Source: the human T2T-CHM13v2.0 reference genome, Homo sapiens. From it: 64,000 bases of DNA. Of the stretch, positions 11,606 through 23,230 are shown piece by piece (position 1 is the stretch's first letter; every line of letters starts with the position of its first letter). Made by a program: the position numbers and the translations under genes. Under the pieces are notes generated by a model, which had not been told where the DNA came from, made no database searches, and worked only from the letters and a program-made list of their open reading frames with translations. The stretch is from the NCBI RefSeq assembly GCF_009914755.1, contig NC_060932.1. One strand, 5' to 3'.

Positions 11606-12924
11606 GTAGGTCCAAAGGCTTAAACAGTAATGCAGTCCTCCACTGCACAAATCCATCTATTTCTCTATTATTTGAATTTCTTCCAAAGAAAGTTAACAGG
11701 TGAATCTCTTTATTGATAAAAAGTAAAGTGTTTATCTGCTAAGAAACAAAGCAAGTGTGGAAACACCTTTTGGTTGGTAGAGAGGATTGACCCTTGAGTG
11801 TGAGGGGCAGAGGCAGGGGCGCAGGGGGAACATCCAGAGAGGAGCGAGACGTTAAATGATCACGGTGAGATGTGTATTCTGAGGGCTTGAGAAATGCCGG
11901 GTAGGGGTTCAGAGGAGAGCAGTATGTAAGCATGTGGAGTAAAGTTGTGCAGGGAGGGTTTGGACCGGAAGTTGAAACTGTTTGATCAGTGGAGAGGGAG
12001 ATCCAGCAAGAACAGCCTCGATGGCAGCACGGGGCGTCCCCATTGCCCCATTGCTGTGGCAGCGTCGTTCTCCTGACGCTTGAGCTTGAACCCTCCCAGG
12101 CTCATCAACAAGCATCTCGTACGTTGCCAGCCATTTAATACTTGCCCTGTAACATTGTTGCTCCCGTTTGCAGGCTGGGCATGAGATTTCCAGGGCTTCG
12201 CTGGACATCTGTGGCTCAGTTTGGATCCTCCGGGATGGGCAGGGAGGAAACTGGCTGGAGGGCAGCGTGGGAGCCGTGCAACCCCCACTGGACCCCACCT
12301 GTGAGGTTCTGTGGTCAGGGGAACCCAGGGGGGTTCCAAGCCATGGTCATCGGAACCGAGGAACCCTGGTGGGTCCACCGCAGAGGGATTGCTCAGGAAT
12401 GTTGCGCCAGAAGCAAGACACAGGCTGGACTGAGGCTGGGGCTAGCAGACTGGGGACAGTGCCCAGGCACAGATCCAAGCCCGGCCGCTCCCCTCCTCGG
12501 GCGCCCAGCCACGTTCATTTATTCCTCTCGGGCTCTGATCATTCCTACTGGATAGGAGTCCTCGCTGAGCCCCCATGGTATCTGGCACAGAGCGGACGTG
12601 TGTTCTGGGACTGTGTTTTAATTTGTGAGGGGGACACGCGGTCTTGCATTGGCGGGCGCGGGGGCTGGGGGGGCACTCCAAGGGCAGCCGGAGGGTTCAT
12701 GGAAGGAGTCACGGTGTGCAGTTCGTGCTGGTGGAGAGTGGGGGGTCCAGGCGTGTGCAAGGTTTGAGCCCAGGTAGCCTAGCGTGAGTCACAGAGGCGC
12801 TGGGTGCCCTGCGTGAGGGTGACTGAGATACAGCCCCGGCGGCCTTGGGGAGCCGAGAATCACAAGAAAACAGCGGGGCTGGGAAGGAAGAAGAGGGCTG
12901 GTGGCACGAGGAGATGGATGCCAG

Positions 12925-13365
12925 GGGTGGGGGGTGGAAAGTGTTCGGGTGGGCGGGGCAGGGGGAGATGGAAAGTGTGCGGGTGGGCGGGGCCGGGGGG
13001 AGATGGAAAGTGTGCGGGTGGGCGGGGCCGGGGGAGGTGGAAAGTGTGCGGGTGGGCGGGGGCGGGGGCGGTGGAAAGTGCAGGTGGGCGGGGCCGGGGG
13101 AGGGCTTGAAAGTGTGCGGGTGGGCGGGGCCGCGGGCGTGGAAAGTGTTCGGGTAGGGGGGCGGGGGGGCGGAAAGTGTGTGGGTGGGCAGGGGTGGGTG
13201 GGTGGAACGTGTGCGGGTGGGCGGGGGCGGTGGAACGTGGGCAGGTGGGTGGGGGCGGGGGCGGTGGAACGTGTTCGGGTGGGTGGGGGCGGGGGGGCGG
13301 AAAGTGTGTGGGTGGGCAGGGGTGGGGGGTGGAAAGAGTGCGGGTGGACGGGGGCGGTGGGGCGG
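12925..13365. repeat. G-rich minisatellite, about 34-bp unit GGTGGAAAGTGTGCGGGTGGGCGGGGCCGGGGGA, about 13 copies
   Basis: GGAAAG anchors at 12936, 12970, 13005 and 13039. Confidence 0.93.
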
Positions 13366-14011
13366 TTTGAGACCAGTGTTGTGGCGCAGCAGGCAAGGGA
13401 TCCCCAAGCGGCCGTCAGAGTCCCTATGAGTTATCTTGTCGCCTCCATGCTCTTTAATCTCGTTAATGTCAGGACGTTTTTATCCTTTGCTTTCTGGAGG
13501 CAGTCACAGGTTGGTTGGGGCCAAAGATTACAAACAAGGATGTTTTATGAAGCTACTCAGCAGGTTGGGGAATAGCTGGGTTTGGCTGTAGGATAAGCGA
13601 GTTGTAGGCGTCCTGCCCACTGGTTCAAACATCAGTTCGAGAGCAGGGAGGGGCGGTAGAAATAACTGCAGAGCCCCCCGGGCAGCACCTTTGAAGGCTG
13701 TGATGTCAGCTCAATACATGTGCAAGGCCGTGTCCATAAAATCAGCCACAACAGGCCTGTGTATTTTTGTGGCTATGGCTTGTGTAGAGCTAGTAACGAC
13801 GGTCACCATCTCAGAATACAGCAGCTGCCAGTGTCAGATTACTTCCCATAGGACGTCATCGCGAGGCAGCTTGTTTCTACTGCTGGACCCCTGCTTGGTA
13901 TGAGTGTTATTCCTCCACTCTGTTCATGGGGCCACTGAGACCAAGAGCTTAGTGACTTGGTGAATGGCACGGCCATGGAGGACGCCAAGCTCTCCCGCCC
14001 GCACCCCGGTG

Positions 14012-14096
14012 ATGTTATGGCTGAAACGTGTCTCCCAAAAAGTGTGTGATGGAGCCCAGCGCCTCCAGACATGACCTTATTTGGAAATAGAGTCTT
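14012..14096 (+). mobile_element. MaLR (MLT1) LTR 5' fragment
   Basis: TGTTATGGCTGAA..CCCAAAA..ATGACCTTATTTGGAAATAGAGTCTT. Confidence 0.6.
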
Positions 14097-14419
14097 GGGG
14101 GAAACCAAGTCGGCACATTTCTGTTAAGTCACCTGACTTACGGTGCTCGTTATGCAGCCGCAGCAGACTGCCGCGTTCCACAGGAACACTTCCCCAGCTC
14201 AGACTCACATTCGTCAGGGACCCTCTGTTCCCCTGGAGGGCGGAGCTGCACGGGAGGCATCAGGGAGGGTGAGGAAGAGGCGTGGCCGGGCCTGGGCCTC
14301 TGGACGCAGGGGACACACGCGGTCCAGGCCCTGAGTGGACAGAGAGGACGCTGGTGGGGTGTCGGGAACCCTAGCTGGGGCCGAGTTTCTTCAGCTGAAA
14401 ATCAGTCACGTGTCTGACA

Positions 14420-14865
<446 letters not shown>

Positions 14866-17800
14866 GGTCACTGACCCGGGGGTGCTTCTTCTCCACGTTC
14901 TGTGATTCTGCTTTCCTCAGATGAGGAGGGCCCTGCTCAGGCTGATGCCACGGAGGGGTTAGAAATCAGTATTTCGGGAACACATGTCAGTGCTCGCAGC
15001 TGGCTGGGTGTGGACAGACACCTCGGGGTGACCGCTGAGTATATTTTGTGGCCCCAGCACCCGTGGCAGGCAGAACTCACGCCTCCTGATCTTTCTCAGC
15101 TGCTAAACGCTGCTGTAGAACAGGCAGGTTGTGTGGAATTGAACTTTTAAAAGTGCCTTTGGGCAATAAGGATAATTTCATTCTCCTCTGCGGCCTTCTG
15201 TAAATCCTTCAGAGAGGAAGAAATAAACCTATTATGGTCCTGCCTTCCTGCTCCAGCCAGAGCCGGTGCGGCAAGCGACGTGTGCTCAGCCTTCCAGAGG
15301 CCGTGGCTGGTCTGGATTTAATGCACTATCCTGCCTGTGACTGTGGCGGGTAGAATGCTGTCAACGTTAGGGGTGAGCGCCTTTTTCGAACACAGATTGT
15401 CTGCCTTTAGGAAAGTCACACGTGGATTCTACCCTGGAAGGTTGATGATTTGTCTTGGATCCTCAAGTATAAAGAGCTACCTGGCGGGTTCAAGGAAAGC
15501 TCTGTGGGAGCCGCAGGGTGGGCACTGTGTTTGTGGGACCATCCGACGAGATCCCAGGGTGCAGTGAGTGGCTCTGCTGGTCAGTGCTGCTAGGGGCTGT
15601 CTCCTGGGGAGAGTGAGAGGCTGGAAGGACCCCAGGGGTCAGGCGTACTTGGCTCCATGAGAATGGACAGTGCACAGCTGCCCCGGGAACCCCATGACTG
15701 GCTTGTGGGATCATTCGTCATACCATGCGTCTGAACTGGTGACTCTCAAGCGATTCCCCCCCCACAGCCCTTTTTCAAATCGAACAGAGACGGCATAAAA
15801 CAGGCCCTGGCAGATGCAATTGTGTCATGCGTGAGGTCTGATTGCCTGAGTCCAGGGATGAGGTCTGAGGTTTGCAGTTCTGTGGAGTGAGGGCCCTGCC
15901 TGTCCCTGACCCTAAAGGAGTCCCACAGGCAGGATGTGGGCCTCCCGTGAGCACCTCCAGTGCTCTGGTTCTGTGTATCGTCAGAATCCAGGGTTTGGAG
16001 GGGTGGTCACGGGAGCTGCGGCATTTGAGGGGGGCGCCAGCTCCCATGGAGGTGACATTCTGGGCTGGTCCTGCTGTGGCAGACCATAGCTTGGGGTCCC
16101 AGCCCCACCCTCCCGCCCCCAAGCACGTGTCCTACTGACCTCACATGCATGTCTTGTGACCTCTCGCGGCCCTTTCCAATACTGTCGCCACTGCACGTGA
16201 TAGAGACGTGGCTGAGACCATGAAAGGGCAGCGATGGTGATAGAGTCCCATGCTCTGATTTGATTGATTGAGACTTTATTCCCGCTTCTTCAAGACATGT
16301 CTGTGGAATGGGGTTGCCTGCACTTGCGTTAGTCTGGAGCTAACCGTCGGTGCTGGGGATGCCGGGGCAGGGCCCCAAGTTCCACTGTGGACGTGCGTGG
16401 GGCTTACCTATGGGCAGCCCCTCCTTAGGAGCAGCACCCAGCAGAGCAGCTTGTGATTTCAGCCGGGAGGAGACCGTGAGGGAAGAGATCCCTTAGGTGG
16501 TGTCTGCAGCTGACTAGGTCAGCGTTTCCACTCTGGCTGTTAATGGGACGTTGGCACAGAAAAGTATTTTGTGGGCAACTTAGTTTAGGGAAGGATGTGG
16601 CGGAGCCTCCCTGTGGAAACGTGTGTCTCTGATCTCCACGTGGGGTGTGGAGGCAGTAGCCTTTTCAGACCTGGTGGATCATTGAATCCCTCCTGAGGGG
16701 GTGGGTTCTGAGGCCTGGCCTTGATCCCTGAGGCCCTTTGGAAAGTGCTGGAAAAGGTGAGTGAATGGGCATGGCTGTGGAATGAGACAGAGGGCAGATC
16801 TGCGAGGAGCCCTCGAAGGCGTCAAACCCCGGGAGTTGAGTGTGTGTGTGTGTTCTTGCACTGTTGGGCATGGGGGCTAGGAGCTCATCAGGGAAACAGT
16901 GTCAGATACGACCCTAGAGGCTCAGACTGCACTGATGAAAAATACCGACAGCTTCCACGTGGCACGGGGCCAGCACCTGACCCCATGGTTATCACAAGGC
17001 TTAGCGCCTCCCTGCCCCGACTGTCTCACCGCGGTTTGTTCTCTGCCTCAGCCACACAGGCAGCTCTGTGCACATGAGAAGCATGTGATTGAACTTTTAA
17101 TTCCACATTTTGCACAGCATTTGCTAGGTACTAAAACTCATTATTGTTTTATTTTCTGTCTCTGTTGATTTGCACAGAATTGAAAATTGGTGATACTGTC
17201 TTGTTTTCAATTGATTATATTTGGGAGAGAATTGTTCTTTTTTCAATATAGAAGAATTGGCGGGGAGAGGGGGGATGGAGGAGAAGGGAGTGGTTATTCC
17301 AGATCATCTCTTGTGGTTTCATCCATTGCATTTATGAGAGCCTGCTCTATACTCAGCCAGACTGAAAGTCGATCGAGGGCAAACATATGACTGGTGTTTC
17401 TTTGCAACAGCCTCTATTCACCCTCTCTCCTGGGTAAATTGCCCTAGAACAGGTAATAAGCAGAGACTTGTAGATGCTGTCTTCATGGAGGGTTGAGGAA
17501 TGGCTGCAAGTTCATCGTGTGGAGTATTTAGGATAAAAGTTCAGCTTTTCCTCTAATTGAGTTTAGAAAAATAATCACACATTTCCCACAGACATCTCTT
17601 CAGCTGCACGTTACCGGAGTGTGTGCTTTGCAATTTGTTTTATGTTGCTGAATCTTGGGAAAGCCATTCTCTGTTATTTTCACCTCTCCTTCACTTACCA
17701 AATAAGATATTTTCTTCCCATTTTACTACTGAAGTATGAATGTAAATACAGCCCTTACTTTCACATTTTTCTTTGTGATTCACCCTTGATGGAAGCTCAG

Positions 17801-18216
17801 ACTCTGGAAGACCCAGCACAATGTTCCAACAGCCCTCCATTTCCAGGCTCTAATTGCGCCTAATATTTTAAAAGCCATCACAAAAATTGGTGGGTCCATT
17901 TACCTTATTGTGGGAGCCCCTGGAGTACAGCTTTCAAGACCCTGATGGCCCATTAGGGGCATCCATTAAACCCGGCTGCATTCCCATTCCAGAAACGGCA
18001 TAGATGATAATCACACTCACCTGATTAACCTTTTCAATGAAAAATGTGTGTCATCAAGATTTTTCTGTACCGTTTAATTTGTTAGGCCTTTCTGGGCACG
18101 CTGACTTTGTGCAACATTGAACTACCTTATTAGAAGAAACACTCGCAACAGTTAATGAGATGCCTTCCTCCACGCGAATGATAACAAATGTATTTTATTT
18201 ATTTGTTTTAAAACAG

Positions 18217-18271
18217 GTTTTGCCTGGCATTCTGCAGAAGCATTGCTGTATCTTACCAGACAGGAATACAG
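18217..18271 (+). CDS. DLGAP2: 55-nt internal coding exon of DLGAP2 (disks large-associated protein 2 / SAPAP2), long N-terminal isoform
   Basis: T-rich acceptor ...TTTATTTGTTTTAAAACAG| and donor ACAG|GTAAAT. Phase-0 translation VLPGILQKHCCILPDRNT plus one G matches the recalled DLGAP2 N-terminus (..VLPGILQKHCCILPDRNTESQC..). Too short for the ORF track. Confidence 0.93.
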
Positions 18272-20347
18272 GTAAATACATTTCATTCTTCTGATTTGGG
18301 ATTATATGTTTCGTATCAGTGGCAAAAGTGAGAAATGTGATTACCTAATTTAGATATTTTGTGCATTTTTATTTTGTGGGTTGTTTTTAGTGCAAGATTG
18401 CGTATTAACTAACTGTAAGACCTGAAAGTAGGATATTTAGTTCTGTGGTGATTTATGAGCTGAGCCCAGAGATCTGTTTTTATTTGACAGAGGAAATAGT
18501 TTTATTAATAGATGATTGTTGTCCTGGGTTTTTAAGGGAAACTGGTTGTCTTATAAACTTGAGTTTGTTGGTTTCAAAGTTGTTTATTTTGCTAATTATA
18601 CTTATTTACTAAAGAAAATCACCATTCTTATTGGCTAGAGAGAAATGTGTTTGGAATCTGTTTGCAGTCAAGGCCTTTCTTTGTGATCAGGGTGGGAATC
18701 GGCTAGATGTTATGTTCTGGAAACCCCCAAGGTCTCAGTGAATAAAACACTGGCATGAATGTTTTGAAGTGGGAGATGCATCTCTGTGTAATTTCTCATG
18801 GCAGGATGGGCGTGTGTGGCTGGTGGTTGTGAGGAAGTGTTTTGCCTGACCTTTAAGGAAACATGACGGAGAAAAAGAAGGTCTAAAAAAAACTTCGTTA
18901 TCATTACAATTAAGGGGAAAAAAGAATCAGTCAGGGCTTGTTATCCTGTGGATATGGATCTGCATTTTTGTTTTCCTCCTGCAAGATTTCTGATTTATTT
19001 TTATCAAAGAAATTGCAAGTCCTGAGGAAAGTATGGAGAAGATGCCTCTTTCGTGTGAGGGGCTCTGCAAGCTGATTCATTTCTAAAAGCAATCGTGTGC
19101 TGTCAAGTATGTATTTGTGTCCCAGGATGTTTTAGTTGGGTATGAAACAGAGGTTTGCTGACATTTTCTTACTTGTTTTCTAGCTATAACAAGGTAATTA
19201 CAAAGACTCTTCTATGGTAATTAGAAGAATTTAATTTGTTGGGATTTACTGTTGACTCACCACTAAGAATGATGGTATCTCAGTAGCCAACATTGTCTGT
19301 ATTATACATTCCAGAGTAAAACACCAGGTGTATTGAGAAAAATACAATCTTTATTAATTACGAGCATGGATGGATGACATTACTGATAGAACTCTTCTTG
19401 AGAATGAGGAACTGTCCCTGTTTTGTTTTCTTTTACCCAGTCAAGTGTGTCTCAGCTACGAGTTTGAGCATATCTGCTTACAGGGAAGCTTGTTGAGTGT
19501 GTCAGATATTTTTGGGCCTCTTTTTATTTTCTGGAAGTCTTGGTTATGAGTAAAAATGTATGAAAAAGTCACATGTGTAAAAAAGATTTTTGCAACTGTG
19601 TCCATCAAAGTCAGCATCACACAATTTTTTAAAAGAAATTAATTTTCCTGATTCAGGTGAATCATTACTCTAAGAAACATCAGGAATAACGATAAAATAA
19701 GTTAAAAGCTAACTACTGTACTGCGGACATCACAGTGGGTATTAAGTATGGAAATGAATTTTCCTTGTCTTTTTTTTTTTTGACAGTTTGTTCTGTAAAT
19801 GGTTTTAAGTTAATTTGGAAAACATTGCCAACTGAAGATGTTTTATTTACTTTTCATGAGACTCCAAGTAATCAATCTGTAGAACCAAGAGAGCTGCCTT
19901 CCACTGGGGCCTCAACGCAGAGGACATTAGCCGGGCAATTTCCTCAAAATTATTTTTATAGTATAGAATGTTTCACTGTCATGTCAGCTGTGGAAGACCA
20001 TAGGCTTTAATATTCGGTGTGGATAAGGGAAGGAGTGGCTCCAGAGAAGAGAGAGGTGTTGGTTGAGATTATAACTCTTAAAAGTGTAAGTCCATGCAGA
20101 ATGGAAAGATGGGGAGAATTCTAGCTTTTAGCAAATAGTTTGCTCCAGTATGTCCGAAGCTGCTTCATGATTTAGGAGATCTTGTTTGGAAATGTCTTCA
20201 GACCTCAACACAGCGGAGGTTCTTGGTGATTACTTTTGCATTTCAGTGGCATATAAAGGTCCTTGTAAGGGCGACTGTAATTTTCTTCTACCTCAATGGT
20301 TTTGTGGAAGAGTTTTCGCAGTTTCTCATTAAGGAGATTAACTTTGG

Positions 20348-20512
20348 AATGGGCACCAAGTTTCCGTTTTGGAAGACGAAACGAGTTCTGCAGATGGAGG
20401 GTGGGGACGGCTGCCCGGCCGTGAGAATGTAGCGAATGCTCCAAACTGGGCGCTTAGGCAGCATCACCATGGCGGATTCTGCATTACGGGTGCTTGACCA
20501 CAATTAGAAAGA
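20348..20512 (+). mobile_element. Short 5'-truncated L1MB-like 3' end with 13-bp TSD
   Basis: AATGGGCACCAAGTTTCCGTTTTGGAAGACGAAACGAGTTCTGCAGATGGA...ACCACAATT; AGATTAACTTTGG at 20335-20347 and 20513-20525. Confidence 0.75.
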
Positions 20513-21566
20513 AGATTAACTTTGGGATGAATCATCACTTTTTTCTCGTTTGGTTTTTACTTATTTTAGAAATGCTTTATACTCCATTAACTTTATACAT
20601 GTCATGTTTCTGAATTAAACATGGCTGCTTGTGAAAGATAAATATCCTATCGTTTTCTCTTGCAATTTTGATTATTTGTGATGATTTTAGGCAATGCTGT
20701 GAAGCGTCAGAGGGAATTCCGTTGGTTACTTTCCCATACGGTCTTGTTCAGCTGCTTGTTCTCAGAAAAGTGTGTTTGTTGGTGGAGGAGAATGCGACCA
20801 AGGAGACCATCCTTTTCATGAAGGCACAAACGTGAATACATATGTGACTTTTAAGCCTTTAAATAAAAACCCAAAGCACATTTATGCCTGTCTTTATTTC
20901 TAAGCATTCTTCCCTTTTCTTGCTTTGGTGACCCCTGATTGGCCTTTCACAGGCCTTTGGTTTGCAACCTACCTGGAGTGAGCGTTGAAGCCGAGATACA
21001 CGGGAAGTTGGAGTGACTCAGGGAAGAGTGGACGTCTCAGGTGTCTGGATTTTTGCAGCTGCCTCTGGCTTGAATCCAGCACCATCTTTTACTAGGATTG
21101 GTGTCCTTGCAGGGGGTTCCGTCCTTAGCACCTTTTTTTTGGTTAGCGGGCTATAAAAAGGATCGCCAAGCAGAGCAGGCCTTGGGCGCGGTGTCCTGGA
21201 TGCGCCACCACGTTTGGGCTGAAGGCGGGCCCACTTGCTGCTGGACTTGGGCTGTCGAGTTTCTGGTGGAACTCAAGGCATCGTGCAGTTAAAATAGTCC
21301 CAGACGCCTGCCCATTCCTGCTTGGAGCTGGAATCCTCATTTAAGGAGTGACTTCTTCACAAACATCCTTTCATGACGAGTCGCTGTTTTCTGGGGCAAA
21401 GTGAACCCGTCTAAAGTTTTATAGCCAGGTGTTCCTCCTAGCAACAGAGACCTCTTACACTTGCTTTAGTATTTTTGACCCAACTGGAGGGGTGAGAACT
21501 TTGGCTCCATGGTGAAGAGATGACATGGCCTAAGCGGTGCGTTTTCCATTATGGATTCTGTTTCTT

Positions 21567-22124
21567 AGGATGCGTGTGTAATGTATGTTGGAAGGATGCT
21601 GGAGAATCTTGGAAGGATGCGTGTATATGTTGGAAGGACGCATGTATAACGTACATTGGGAGGATATGTGTATAACATATGTTGGAAAGATGCATGCATA
21701 ATGTATGTTGGAAACATACTGGAGAATGTTGGAAGGATGGTTGTATAATGTATGTTGGAAGGATGCTGGAGAATGTTGGAAGGATGCTGGAGAACGTTGG
21801 AAGGATGTGTGTGTAATATATGTTGGAAAGACGTGTATAACATGTTGGAAGGATGCATGTATAACATATGTTGGAAGGATGTGTGTATAATGTATGTTGG
21901 AAGGATGCTGGAGAATGTTGGAAGGATGCATGTATAATGTATGTGGGAAGGATGCTGGAGAATGTTGGAAGGATGCGTATATAATGTATGTTGGAAGGAT
22001 GTTGGAGAATGTTGGAAGGATGTGGGTATAATGTATGTTGGAAGGATGCTGGAGAATGTTGGAAGGATGCTGGAGAATGTTGGAAGGATATGTGTATAAT
22101 GTATGTTGGAAGGATGCTGGAGAA
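21567..22124. repeat. Compound minisatellite with a TGTTGGAAGGAT core and two alternating tails (GCTGGAGAA or GTGTGTATAATGTA)
   Basis: More than 20 core copies directly visible. Confidence 0.95.
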
Positions 22125-22723
22125 CACATCAGAAGCCACCTTCCATTGAATCCACATTTCCCTGACAGTGAGATCTAAGCAGGGAAAACTTTGGGAGCTG
22201 TTCAGTTCCTAGATGATCTGGCTTCCTTCCCTTGATTATTAATGACCTTCACTTCAGAATTGCAATGACATTTGGGAAAATTAAGTTACACAGTTGTAAG
22301 CATAATACATTCTTTTCTTTAGGCTGCACAATTGGCGGGGTTCTGACTTCGGGCTTAGCTGCCTCACACAGCCTTTATCCTGAGTTTTTCAGGAGACAGC
22401 CCATTCTACTGCCACGAATAATTAGAAGTTTCAAGAATGAATTGATTTTGCAATATGGCAGCAGTAATTACCCATGCAAACTTTGATAATAAGAAGTGAA
22501 TAATGAAACCTCAAACAGATCAAGCATGCGGGAGTACTATGTTTGGTTTTTGAGATACATTATGTTTCTAATTGACAATGAATGTAAAATGACTGTGAAA
22601 CAGGTTATGTATAAAAGTTGGGTGGAAAGGTTTCACGTGACTTCCCTGTGTTTGTGGAACTGACGGTTGCTTATTTGCAAATACGTAATGGAAACTCCTG
22701 ACTCTGAAATCAGGTCCCCGCAG

Positions 22724-22922
22724 CAATGTGCTGGTCCGCGTTTATCAACTGACTTTCCGATGCTGAGTGAGAGGGTGGGTGGGGAGGCCTCGTTCTAGTG
22801 TTTGCCAGTTTCTGTGGTCCAGTTTCAAGCTGCTGCCATGAAGTTCCTGGACATGGAGTTGTGAGTTCTTGGCAGCCACCAGTTGTCTCCAGCTCATTGG
22901 AGCCGGCTCCTGCTCCGTGGTG
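22724..22922. mobile_element. MER63-like hAT-Blackjack fossil
   Basis: TGTGCTGGT..GTTTATCAACTG, GTTTGCCAGTTTCTGTGGT, TTTCAAGCT and terminal GAGCCGGCTCC. Confidence 0.6.
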
Positions 22923-23230
22923 CCCGCCTTCCTCTCTGTGGAGCTGAGCCCCACACCACAGTGTCCATCTTCCTATCTGTGGAGCTGACCCCCGCACCGT
23001 GGTGCCCGCCTTCCTCTCTGTGGAGCTGACCCCTGCGCTATGGTGCCCACGTTCCTCTCTGTGGAGCTGACCCCTGCGCTATGGTGCCCACGTTCCTCTC
23101 TGTGGAGCCGGCTTCCCACACCACAGTGTCCATCTTCCTCTCTGTGGAGCTGACCCCCGCACCACGGTGCCCGCCTTCCTCTCTGTGGAGCTGGATCCCC
23201 GCACTGTGGTGCCCGCCTTCCTCTCTGTGT
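22917..23230. repeat. 41-bp minisatellite, about 8 copies
   Basis: CCT(C/A)TCTGTGGAGC at 22931, 22972, 23013 and onward. Confidence 0.93.

Noticed and set aside
21567-22124. CRISPR-like pattern of constant core plus variable spacer
   Set aside because: The spacers are just two recurring short tails; primate DNA with no cas genes.
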